Assembly (NCBI RefSeq): GCF_006345805.1
Contig: NC_043003.1
Location: 53,506,001-53,570,000 of the forward strand
Direction: 5' to 3'
Origin: Octopus sinensis
Lineage: Eukaryota
DNA: 64,000 nucleotides
Shown: piece by piece, positions 1 through 10,545 of the stretch
Layout of the letters: each line of letters opens with the position of its first letter
Position numbering within the stretch: position 1 is the first letter of the stretch
Program-made: the position numbers and the translations under genes
Notes under the pieces: generated by a model
What the model saw: the letters and a program-made list of their open reading frames with translations, nothing else
Told to the model about the DNA's origin: nothing
Database searches by the model: none

Positions 1-477
1 GTTTGCTAGCAAGAAAATCCCAGTTTTGGAGCGGCCCAGCCAGTCTCCAGGCCTCAATCCTATAGAAAATCTATGGCAAGATCTAAAGCTGGCTGTGCAC
101 CAACTTTCCCCATCCAATCTGACACAGCTCAAGAAGTTCTGCCATGAAGAATTGCGAAAACTGTCAGCAAACCACTGTAGCGAGCTCCTGGAAGGCTATC
201 CAAGGCGTCTGCAGGCTGTAATTGACACAGCAGGATCATCCACAAAGTATTAGCTGAAGACATTCCAAAGTGGGTGTAGTCTTTTGAAAAGACATTTTTC
301 AAAATTATCTTTGTTTAAGAATCATCTTAAAATTTTTCAAATGTATTTTGTATATTAAATAAAAGTGTGATAGATTTTCATATTAAAACAAATTATTGGA
401 GTTTAAAATATTAATTGTTCCTATCAAAATAAAATACATCCAGTTTCCAAGGAGGTGTTGACTTTAGCAAGGCACTG
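1..477 (+). mobile_element. Tc1-family DNA transposon, 3' part with transposase C-terminus and right TIR
   Basis: ORF 26..253 SQSPGLNPIENLWQDLK (SPDLNPIENLW motif, DD34E-type); ends ACTTTAGCAAGGCACTG followed by TA. Confidence 0.85.
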
Positions 478-494
478 TAGCTAAAAACAGAAAG

Positions 495-800
495 GGTAAA
501 GACCCCCTTCGGTCATGAATGACCATGGGATTGCAACTAGAAAATTTCCCTCCAAAGCACAAATCTGGGCAAGGTTGTCCATGCATACCAGCCTCCCCAC
601 TCCATGTCACCAATGTCATCCAAAGGAAAGGCAAAGGCTGATACAACTTGACACCAGCGACATCGCATCTCATTTCTACAGCTGAGTGAATTGGAGCTAT
701 GTGGAAATAAAGTGTGCTGTTCAAGCACACTACAGAGAACTTAGCCAGGAATCGAACTCACTACCTTGTGATTGTGAGCCCAACACTCTAACCACTGCCT
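495..800 (-). mobile_element. tRNA-headed SINE (family D here)
   Basis: Minus strand starts CAGTGGTTAGAGTG...GAGTTCGATTCCTGG (A/B boxes); related copies at about 11770-11990 (+), 21825-22110 (-) and 28607-28760 (+). Confidence 0.7.
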
Positions 801-1058
801 TTAATCATAGATTTCCTTAACCAGTGGAATAAGACCAACTGAATTCAGACATTCTACCTGGTAACATATTACCTGTCAAGATAGTGACTTACAATGCATA
901 CCAGTAGGGTTTGAGTCATTTTGGAGATGTTGATTTCATACTAACTTATTTTATAATAGACATTTTAATACTTCTTTTATTTTAAAGTTTCTTTCATTCT
1001 CTGCCTCCCTATCTCTCTCTCTCCTTCCTCTCTGTAATCCTCTCTTTCGCTGTATGCT

Positions 1059-1267
1059 TTTATTCTTTTACTTGTTTCAGTCATTTGACTGTAGCACTGC
1101 TGAAGCACTGCCTTTAGTCAAGCAAATCGACTCCAGGACTTATTCTTTGGAAGCGTTGTACTTATTCTATCATTCCATTTTGCTGAACTGCTAAGTCATG
1201 GGGACATAAGCACACCAGCATCAGTTGTCAAGTGATGTTGGGGAGACAAACACAGACACACAAGCAT

Positions 1268-1299
<32 letters not shown>

Positions 1300-1494
1300 G
1301 TATGTATGTATATATGTATGTATGTATATATACACGACAGGTTTCTTTCAGTTTCCATCTACCAAATCCATTCACAAGGCTTTGGTTGGCCTGAGGCTAT
1401 AGTAGAAGACACTTGCTCAAGGTGCCACGCAGTGGGACTGAACCCAGAACTATCTGGTTGGGAAGCAAGCTACTTACCACACAGCCACTCCTGC
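1059..1494 (-). mobile_element. tRNA-headed SINE with internal (TA/CA)n tract (family A here)
   Basis: Head GCAGGAGTGGCTGTGTGGTAAGTAGCTTGC...GGGTTCAGTCCC; tail GACTGAAACAAGTAAAAGA; many near-identical copies in the window. Confidence 0.85.
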
Positions 1495-2301
1495 ATCTAT
1501 ATGTATGTTTCAGCATGTGTGTGTGTGTTTGCCTCCAGTGCCAAAAAGTACTGTTGCTAAAACAGGCTCAATGTTCAGATAGCCATGTCAAACCACCAGC
1601 ATCCAAACATCCGTACCCAAATGTCTTATTCCAATGCCAGTAATTATTTCTTTTAAATTAGCACATGAGTCCTATCTACAGAGATGGGAGAGATACTCAG
1701 CTGAATAGATAAAAAAGAAACATTTCTGGTACTCATTTTACTGACTCCCAAGGAATGAAATGCACGGTGAAACATGGTATAATTAGAACTCTGAACATAA
1801 ATAGATAAGACAAAATGCAATAAAGAATTTATTTAGGCACTCATCCATTCCTTTTAAACTATCACAGATGATACATTGTGAAATAAATTCTTAAACACAG
1901 CCATGCTTGGCCCATATAAATAATTACCGAACTTTTTGATCAGTTCAAATATGTTTGGGATATATTTGACTAGTAAAAGAGACCATATTTCACTACAATT
2001 TGCCAGGGAGAAAAATCCTCACTTTTGGCAATAGGTGTAATATGCAAAAAATACTCACTATGGACTAATATATGCATTTCAAGAAGTAACTTGAAATGCA
2101 TATATTAGTCCACAGAAAAAAACTTAGTGTTTTATACCTTTTGCATAAGGCAAGAATTTTTTCCTCTGGCAAATCGCAGTATAAATGGCCTTTTTACAAG
2201 TCAGCTATGTCCCAAACATTTGAACTGATCAAAAACTTATTTTTATTTCACAACAGCATTTTGCATGCCAACCATGTAAATAATTATATTTCAATACATA
2301 C

Positions 2302-2410
2302 CAACAACTAGTCTTTGATCATTAAAAGGGTCCCAAACAAAATCTGTAACATTAGTGCCATGTTGAAGACTTGGAATTCCACAATCTGGTAAACGGCAGG
2401 GTTTATTCAA
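2302..2410 (-). CDS. CORO7: CORO7 coding exon 16 (LNKPCRLPDCGIPSLQHGTNVTDFVWDPFNDQRLVV)
   Basis: AATATAG acceptor, GTATGT donor, 109 nt, phase 0-1; RLPD..IP.LQ.G..VTDF.WDPF...RL motif. Confidence 0.95.
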
Positions 2411-3167
2411 CTATATTATAATAAAGAAATTAGATGCAAAATCAGATTCTTATAATGAACAAACGAAAGTAAATTATGGTTGCAATACAAAAGAGGATTG
2501 TGTATGTGTGTATGTGTGACTGTGTGTGCAAATTACATTATATCTGAATAAATACATATAAAATACCTCTAAAGAGTATATTTAAATTTTAAGTAGATGT
2601 CAGTCTATTCCCAAAATGTAAACCATTAAACCAGCACATGTGCACAGCAGCCCACCCACAGTGACAGTAAATTTCACCTGATAGTAGTTGTATGAAACCA
2701 CTGGGTATTGGTTTGAAATTACCTGCTCACTTATACATTGTTTTTTGTTGTTGTTTTTTAATTCAGATATAACTAATAACAGAATTACACTGGTATGCAT
2801 GCAGCACACTTGTACACAAAGCAATGTTACTTTGGGCTTCTGAATTACACTGAAAATTAGTTGAAGTAATAGTAGTAATAGAGTCAGAATATACTGTATG
2901 CTTTAAAAAATAACATCTTTTATAACTGATAAATAAAATTATAATGGAAAAAAAATCTGCTTAATTTACCCTCACTGTGCTTATTAACTATGTCCCACAA
3001 GCTAGTGAAGTAACATGCTAATCATGTGCAAATTGGTTCTCATAACCTCTTTCAACTGGTTACTAAAAATAAAATGTACTCCACTCTTCAAAGCAACTTA
3101 ACTCAGTTCCCATGTCTCAGAGTTAATGACATAATCATAAAGGCATAGAAAAGAGAGAGAGGTTTAC

Positions 3168-3346
3168 CTCAAATATTGCAACACAACCTCCAGTAGTAGA
3201 CAATGGAACTGCGCATCTTTTTTGATTTACTTGAAACAAATCGCTCTCACCAGGAATGTTCCTTGATAAATTTTTTAAATTTTCAATATGATGTTCCTTG
3301 TTCAGTGTGGTAGCTTTGAGGTGTTTAAATTTCAGTTGTCTAATAT
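3168..3346 (-). CDS. CORO7: CORO7 coding exon 15 (IRQLKFKHLKATTLNKEHHIENLKNLSRNIPGESDLFQVNQKRCAVPLSTTGGCVAIFE), start of second propeller
   Basis: TTACCTTCAG acceptor, GTAAAC donor, 179 nt, phase 1-0; KF.HL...HI.NL..L....PGESD...N..R.AVPL...GG matches CORO7 unit 2. Confidence 0.95.
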
Positions 3347-3377
3347 CTGAAGGTAAAAATATGATGATGATGATGAA

Positions 3378-5030
3378 TTCCAATATTTTAAATCCAGGTT
3401 TGTCCCCGTTAATGGGGGTGGCTACCTCACTCATACAGCAACTGCTCTCACACCATCTCACCATCTTACCTGGTTTTGGGTGTCCTCCTACTTCAAGCCA
3501 ATCCTCCCAATCTCCTCTCCCAATCTCCTCTTCCACCCATCTCCTCCACACTTTCTTTGGTTAATCTCGCTTTTGAGGTTCATTCACTTTAAACTCAAGC
3601 ACTCTCCTCAGAACACGATCCTCATCCCTCCTCAACACATGTCCATACCACCGCACTCCATTCACCCTTGCCAGCTATTCCACCAATCCCTCCAACCCCA
3701 GCATCCCCATCAAGTTTTCAGCCTTCCTTTTATCCAATAGTTTTACACCACAATTTGCTTTCACTATTGCTCTCTCAGTCCTTCTCAAAATTGCCATTTC
3801 GCTTTCCCATATCTCACTCCTATACAGCATTGCAGATCTCCCATAACTCCGATAAACCCTTCCTTTCATCTTCAAGGAGAACCTTTTCCCATATAATAAG
3901 GCTCCACATTCCCTGAACTTCACCCAGCCACGTCTTGCTCTTGCTGTCACAGCTGCTTCACATCCACCACTTACATCCACCCTATCTTCCAAATAACAAA
4001 ACCCTCTCACTGTTTCCACCTTGTCACATAGCGTTTCCACTGGTTCTGGCAGCTCCTTTCTCACATCTTCCACAAATAAAATCTCTTGCCAGTCTTGGGG
4101 TCACCTTCATTTTTGTACATCTACCATGAATCCATTTCCCACATTTTGTACACAACACCACATTTGCCATTACCTTTTTCCTTCATACACCACATGGATC
4201 TACCTTACTCACTAACACTTCTCCTTCCACCCTGCTCACCATCACGTTTGTCTTCCCGGGGTTTACCTTTAAACCCTTGCTTTCAAACGCCTTCTTCCAT
4301 TTCTGAAACTTCTCTCTCAATCCCTCCATCATCTCATTCATCAGAATAAGGTCATCTGCACATAGCATCTCCACTATCAATCGCTCTCTTGCATTCTCCG
4401 TCACCACATTAACCACTATTGCAAACAACAATGGTGAAAACACAGATCCCTGATGCATGCCAACTTTCACTGCAAACTTCACCAACAGCTCAGATCCAAC
4501 TCTTGTCTCTACCCCTTCATACAATCTCATCACTGTCCTCAAAATTACCTTTAGTACACCTCTGTTCCTCAATGCCCACTCAATCACCTTCCTTGGAACC
4601 CTATCAAATGCCTTCCCCAGATCAATGAAGCACATGTACAACTCCTTCTCCTTATTTCGGTATTCCTCTTGCAATCTCCTTACAATGAACACTGCATCTA
4701 TTTTCCCCTTTCCTGGCAAAAAACCAAATTGCATATTGCCCACTCCACTACTTCTTCCCAGCTAACCCTCTCCACTGGCCCCTTCACCACAACAGCTTCC
4801 ACCCTCTGATCCCATTCATTCTCCTCATTCATAATTCCCTCCATATGCTCTTTCCAAACTCTTCCCCTGTCCTCCTCACTAAAATTCAACCTTCCATCAC
4901 TCCCATTCATACGTCTTCTTCCTTCAACATCTCTTACATTTTTTTTCATTTAATTTCATAAACCTAAACACTCTACCTGGGTTCTCATTCAACGCATTCA
5001 ACTTCTCCTCGGCCTCACATCAAAAATAAT
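3378..5030 (-). mobile_element. 5'-truncated, internally deleted RTE-clade LINE (reverse transcriptase remnant)
   Basis: QFGFLPGKG, CFIDLGKAFDRVPR, VGMHQGSVFSPLLF, CADDL, and C-terminal ARARRGWVKFRECG...MLY in ORFs 4183..4743, 3675..4073 and 4698..4949. Confidence 0.9.
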
Positions 5031-5798
5031 CACATCAAATTATCACTTAATTACTAAAAAGCATATAGAATCTCACAAGTCAACAATTGTAAAATTGACG
5101 TATCTCTCACAATAGTTATTCCCATCAACATATTTTGTTGTTGTAATCGCTAAGATTATAGAAGCCTTTTATAAACTAAAGGTCATAATCATAGAATTTA
5201 ATCTTAGTTTCCAGTGAAGTATTTTGGTGCAATCTTTCCATTTTCATTAAATATTGTGCAGCCTTACCCATTGCACTAAATAATGTCAATAATGGCGGAT
5301 AATCACAGAATATAATAAATGATAATCCACACAGCTATGTGAAGAATTTTTCACATGTTCAAATCACAAGGTTTTCCTTCACATGTTGAAAAATACTGTT
5401 TTTCAATTTTTGAAATATTTTACCTATAGCTGCAAGTCTACTACTCATCTTGACTTCCCAAATGGCAGATCTTTGTGGGAAAAGGTTATTCTCAGAATTA
5501 CTTTAGAGTAATAAATCTTAGTCAAACCAAATAATGTAGTTCCACAGTAATGTATTTATACAAAGAAAGCCAAAGTTACAAAATGTCTTTTACCTCTACA
5601 AAACTTATTGAAGTAAATAAACACGATAAATAGAGTTGATCACATGACTACAAGACTGAGTCACATGACAGTGTGTAAATCATATAAAGCATTTGATGGT
5701 ATCAAGTGGATGCTACAACTTCCTTCTTGCATACTTTGAAGCTACTTTCTAGATAGTGTTTCTTTATCTTAGTCTTTTCACACTAAGTAATTCTTCTA

Positions 5799-6303
5799 CA
5801 TCATCATCATCGTTTAACGTCCGCTTTCCATGCTGGCATGGGTTGGACGATTTGACTGAGGACTGGCAAACCAGATGGCTGCGCCAGGCTCCAATCTGAT
5901 CTGGCAGAGTTTCTACAGCTGGATGCCCTTCCTAACGCCAACCACTCCAAGAGTGTAGTGGGTGTTTTTTTACGTGCCACCGGCACGAGGGCCAGTCAGG
6001 TGGTACTGGCAACAGCCACACTCAAATGGTGCTTTTTATGTGCCACCTGCACTGGAGCCAGTCCAGCGGCACTGGCAACGACCTCACTCAAATGTTTTTT
6101 CATGTACCTCCAGCACAAGTGCTAGTAACGCAACGCTGGTAATGATCACACTCGAATGGTGCTTTTTACATGCCACCAGCACGGAAGCCAGTTTGTTGCT
6201 CTGGCAACGTTCATGCTCATATGGTACTCTTAGCACTCCACTAGCACGGATGCCAGTCATCGAATTTGATTTCGATTTCAATTTCAATTTCACTCGCCTC
6301 AAC
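5799..6303 (-). mobile_element. RTE LINE 3' end (3' UTR minisatellite plus (GAT)n tail)
   Basis: CATCATCATCGTTTAACGTCCGCTTTCCATGC...GGATGCCCTTCCTAACGCCAAC plus several ~55-60 bp GGTGCTTTTTATGTGCCAC units; the same sequence is continuous with an RT ORF at 48020-50100. Confidence 0.8.
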
Positions 6304-6615
6304 ATGTCTGGCTCTTCAACAAATTTTGGTATGTGAACCAATTCACCCATGTCAAGGCTGACAGGGGCCCAAGCCTGAATTACTGAGTGTCTACCAAAAG
6401 GATCATATTGAAGAGAAGAGAAGGTGACTAAATGGACAGCCCTGCTTACTCTCATCTACATGTCAAATTCATCATTGAAATTATCACACATCCTGCTTTG
6501 AGCATTGCATTACATAAAATAAAATTACTCTTGATAGACATTCATCAACATCTAATAAATAAATTATTGAAAATAACTGAATAATTAAATAAAGATGCGT
6601 AGAATAATGATGATG

Positions 6616-7040
6616 GGCGTAGGAGTGGCTGTGTGGTAAGTAGCTTGCTTACCAACCACATGGTTCCAGGTTCAGTCCCACTGCATGGCACCTTAAGCAA
6701 GTGTCTTCTACTATAGCCTCGGGCCAACCAAAGCCTTGTGAGTGGATTTGATAGACGAAAACTGAAAGAAGCCCGTCGTACATATGTATATGTATATATA
6801 TATATGTATGTATGTATGTATGTGTGTATATGTTTGTGTGTCTGTGTTTCTCCCCACAACATTGCTTGACAACCGATGCTGCTGTGGTTACGTCCCCGTA
6901 ACTTAGCGGTTCGGCAAAAGAGACTGATAGAATAAGTATTAGGCTTCCAAAGAATAAGTCCTGGGGTCAATTTGCTCGACTAAAGGCTCTGCTCTAGCAT
7001 GGCCACAGTCAAATGACTGAAACAAGTAAAAGAGTAAAAG
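6616..7040 (+). mobile_element. Family A SINE, full length
   Basis: GGCGTAGGAGTGGCTGTGTGGTAAG head to GACTGAAACAAGTAAAAGAGTAAAAG tail. Confidence 0.85.
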
Positions 7041-7130
7041 TATGATGAGTTTCTTAATGTTGCAAAAGCTAAGATGTCTCTCTATAAGGAATTATTTAAT
7101 TTGAATTCATTTAAATAACAAACAACTTAC

Positions 7131-7212
7131 TTATAAAACGTGATGGAGTGGAAACGGATTTTTTGGCTGGCACAGTTTTTTCTGGAGTTTCTTCTTTTAC
7201 TTTACCTTTGCA
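7131..7212 (-). CDS. CORO7: CORO7 coding exon 14 (CKGKVKEETPEKTVPAKKSVSTPSRFI)
   Basis: ATTTTAG acceptor, GTAAGT donor, 82 nt, phase 0-1; bridges the phases of exons 13 and 15; low-complexity linker, so homology support is weak. Confidence 0.8.
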
Positions 7213-7759
7213 CTAAAATATTGAAAATATTATGAAATACAAAATTATCTTTTATAATAATTGATTAATAATTCTAACAACTGAAAAATATCTACCATAT
7301 AGTTCAATGCAATTGCTTTCCTTTATTAGATATTTGACATAAATTATTAAAAAGCTTACATTAAGATAAACAATAGAAATATTTCAACTGTGTTTCGTAT
7401 TCATCATCACCATCATCATGGTCCATTTTCCATGGTGCCATAAGTTAGAGAGCTTGATGTGCAGGCAAGTCAGAGGGTTGCACTTAGCTCCAGTCATCTG
7501 TTTTGGTATGGTTTCTATAGCTGGACACCCTTCCTAATGCCAACCACTTTACTGAATGTACTGGGTGCTTTTTACATGATGCCGGCACTAGTGTTCTTTA
7601 CATAGCACCAAGAATACAATTCTGTTTATTAAAAAGGAGCAGAAAAGCATTAGCTCCTGGAGATGCTCAGCAGCAAAAATGGTACAATAAAGGCCTAAAT
7701 GTCTTGTGGCTTACAGACATGTCTCCTCAGATCCTGAGTTCAAATCTTGCTGAGGTTGA

Positions 7760-8010
7760 TGTGTGTGTGTACGTGCATGCGTGTGTCCTTGCCTTGACAT
7801 CATGTAATTGTTGTAAATGAACGTTATTCATTTCCATGTGAAAACAGGTCTGGCCATGGAGAAATATTACATTGCTTGGAAAGTGATAAGGGTTGGCAAC
7901 AGAAAGGGCATCCGGCCATAGAAAATCTGCTTTGGTAAGCTCTGCCTGACTCATGCAAGCATGGAAACGTGGATCTTAAAGCAATGATGATGATGACAAC
8001 AATAATGATA
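7760..8010 (+). mobile_element. SINE 3' part with RTE-like (GAT)n tail (family E here)
   Basis: GGGTTGGCAACAGAAAGGGCATCCGGCC...CATGCAAGCATGGAAACGTGGA...GATGATGATG; related copies near 20750-20930, 41940-42230, 46610-47030, 50270-50460 and 55520-55920. Confidence 0.6.
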
Positions 8011-8103
8011 ATGTACACCAACTACATGAAAAATGATTCTTTTATACAATTTATTTAAGGAAGTAACTGGAATAAGATGATATAAAAAAGAAATCAAACT
8101 TAC

Positions 8104-8934
8104 AATTTTATTCTCAATTGCTCCATTGGGAACTTTTGGAGTTTCAGACAGACATTCTTTCCCGTCCTTTTTACTATTGCACTCAGCTTCTATTTTAGAA
8201 GCTTTCCCATCTGCCTCAGTAGAATTGTCCTCTGTGCAAGATGAATTTGAAGGAGTAGCTTCATTATCATTTTTCATTGAATCTTCATTTTCTGAATCTT
8301 TAGTTTCTCTTACTTCTTCGGATAAGCTGTTTTTAGTTTCTTCCATAGAGTTACAAGATTTTCTAGTCTGCTGAGAATGTTCAGTTTTAGTATCTTCAGC
8401 AACTTTATTGTCAGAAAATACATCATTATCTTTCTCTTCATATTTTTTTGAATCTAAAACACAGTTGCCTTTTTGGAATTTTCGTTGTGGTGGTGGAGAA
8501 TGACTTAGTTCTATGGCTGCATTCAAACTGTCAATTTTCTGCATAATAGTTTCACTTGCTCGACGTTGGCTTTTTGGAGTTAATGGACCTTTTACCTTGC
8601 TGTTTTCTGTAGAAGAATTTACAGTTGATTCCTTGTTATTTTCAGTAGAATTTACTGTTAATTCCTTATTGTTTTCAGATAGATCATTTGCTGGTTTGCT
8701 TTTGTTTTCAGTACAAGAATTTATGGTTGATTCCTTATTGTTTTCAATAGACAAATCAGCTGTTGATTTCTTTTCATTTTCAGCAGAAGAATCACATTTT
8801 AATAACTTCTTTTCTTTAGAAGGATCAACTGAGTCACTGGCATTAGTAATAGAATTAGAACCTGGTGCATTAAGATTGTGAGCTCTGAGGGTTAATGGTG
8901 CTCTTTTACTTGGATTTAGATCCATAAGTTCCAA
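8104..8934 (-). CDS. CORO7: CORO7 coding exon 13, 277-aa S/E/K/N-rich inter-propeller linker (LELMDLNPSK...NGAIENKI)
   Basis: Core of ORF 7951..8994; TTTTCCAG acceptor, GTAAGT donor, 831 nt, phase 0-0; starts with the L...LNP motif that ends the first coronin unit. Confidence 0.88.
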
Positions 8935-9386
8935 CTGGAAAACAAAAAGAAAAACTGATTTTATTTCTGATGATGGGTTATGTTGTTTGAACAAAGAGGA
9001 TTTAAAGACTATGAGATATGGAATTAATATGGATCAAGTATATTGGAGATTATCACATCTTTGGATTTATTTCTTAAATCTTCTATATCACTCAGTAATA
9101 ATGTTCTATTAACACCAACACCACTAGTGATGTGCCATTTTTCTAAGATAGCATAAAAAAAAAATGATGGTGCTATAACTACTCAGACCTATTCAAATGG
9201 GACATAAGATTCATTGTGATATATAAAAGTAAACTATTTTTTTTCAATGATTTGTAAATTTTACCTGGCTTCACCCCATGTTGTGAATGGTGTGAAGCTA
9301 GGTAAAATTTACAAACATTGAAAAATAACAGACTTTACTCTTATACCTAAACTTGGGTGAAAGTTTTATTATATTTTTATTACAAA

Positions 9387-9780
9387 CTAGCAGTATCGCC
9401 CAGCGTTGCTCGGGTTTGTAAGGGAAATAACTATATAAGCATTTTTAGAGATGTAAAGTATAATAGCCATCTCAATATGGCTAACCACAAGGGTGGGGTG
9501 TTACTGTAGCTTTTTACGTTCTGAGATTTAATAATAAATTTTTAGAGATTTACTTCCCTTATATATGCCAAAAATGCATTAAAAATGGGAAAATTGATGG
9601 TAATTTTTTTTTAAATCGTAGACTCATCGTAGACGCGCGCTTATACCCAGAAGGGCTCGATATGAATCACGACTATAAGATACCCGGTTTTTGTTAAACT
9701 GCACCGCAAAATGTGGGAGTAGTTAGGAATCTAAATCGTAGGAGACAGACAGCACACAACCTTACTTTTATATATAAAGA
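9387..9780 (-). mobile_element. Non-autonomous Helitron
   Basis: On the minus strand: A|TC 5' end, subterminal hairpin CCCGAGCAACGCTGGG, CTAG|T 3' end; inserted between A and T with no TSD. Confidence 0.75.
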
Positions 9781-10269
9781 TTTCCCCATAACAAAACTAA
9801 AAAAATAGCTGAGAAAAAAATAATGTATAATAATAATATAGAAATAAAAGCTAGGCAAAAAGATATTTATTTAATTAATAGTAAAAAGTAAACAAATTAC
9901 TGTAATTAGATGTTGTTGTTAAACCCTAAATCAGTCCTAATTGAACAAACCTATAATAAAAGACTTTCCAGCCTTATTATAAAGGAATGGTGCACCAAGA
10001 ACTAAACCTGTCCTATTTAAGATGGTATGGTGTGATTTGAGAAATGTCAATCAGATATTTCTAGCAGGTCAAGTAACCACACTTCATTAGCTTGATACTT
10101 TGATTAAAGAAGACAAGCAATATAAATCATAAAACAAGATTAAATTATGTTACCCCCAGTAGGCTACATTTCAATGATTATAACAAGTAAAAGAATTAAA
10201 GAATTTTTTTTTGCAAATTCCTAACTTCTTGAAAAATTGCATAAAATCATGGATGAAGTTGAAACTTAC

Positions 10270-10365
10270 CGGTTTGTTTTCTCCTGCTAACCACTCAGAA
10301 GCTTGCATAGATGGTTGCCCATTAGGGACTTCTGGGAAAATATCAGCATGGTATTCTCTATAGGA
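10270..10365 (-). CDS. CORO7: CORO7 coding exon 12 (SYREYHADIFPEVPNGQPSMQASEWLAGENKP)
   Basis: TCTTTAG acceptor, GTAAGT donor, 96 nt, phase 0-0; conserved coronin F..D.FP...A.EW..G.N extension. Confidence 0.94.
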
Positions 10366-10545
10366 CTAAAGACAAAATAAAATATTCATATATTTACCAT
10401 TTATAGTACCACATTACTATAAAGAAGTAGAAATATCAAAGAAAGAGAAAGGATAAATTTTTTAAAAATATAGTTAGTGGACTTGAATTACATTTCTTTT
10501 GATAAAACTAGATAAGAGCAACATTTAAAATAGTAGCTAGGTTGT

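Noticed and set aside
1225-1643. Numerous 60-140 aa ORFs with YIYIY, THTHT, CVCV or SLSL runs or recurring LLTTQPLL/WCFLRAT peptides throughout the window
   Set aside because: Chance ORFs from microsatellites, SINE A and RTE 3' UTR repeats
3135-3551. 138-aa ORF as a LINE-coronin fusion protein
   Set aside because: It only reads through the RTE tail and the intron end into exon 15; a good acceptor at 3347-3348 explains the coronin part
6616-6700. tRNA-like A/B box sequences here and at about 745-800, 22040-22110 and 28607-28670 as tRNA genes
   Set aside because: They are SINE heads continuous with SINE bodies and do not form a complete cloverleaf
7951-8994. 347-aa ORF as a stand-alone gene
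   Set aside because: It is CORO7 exon 13 plus read-through into flanking introns; splice sites at 8934 and 8104 fit the neighbouring exon phases
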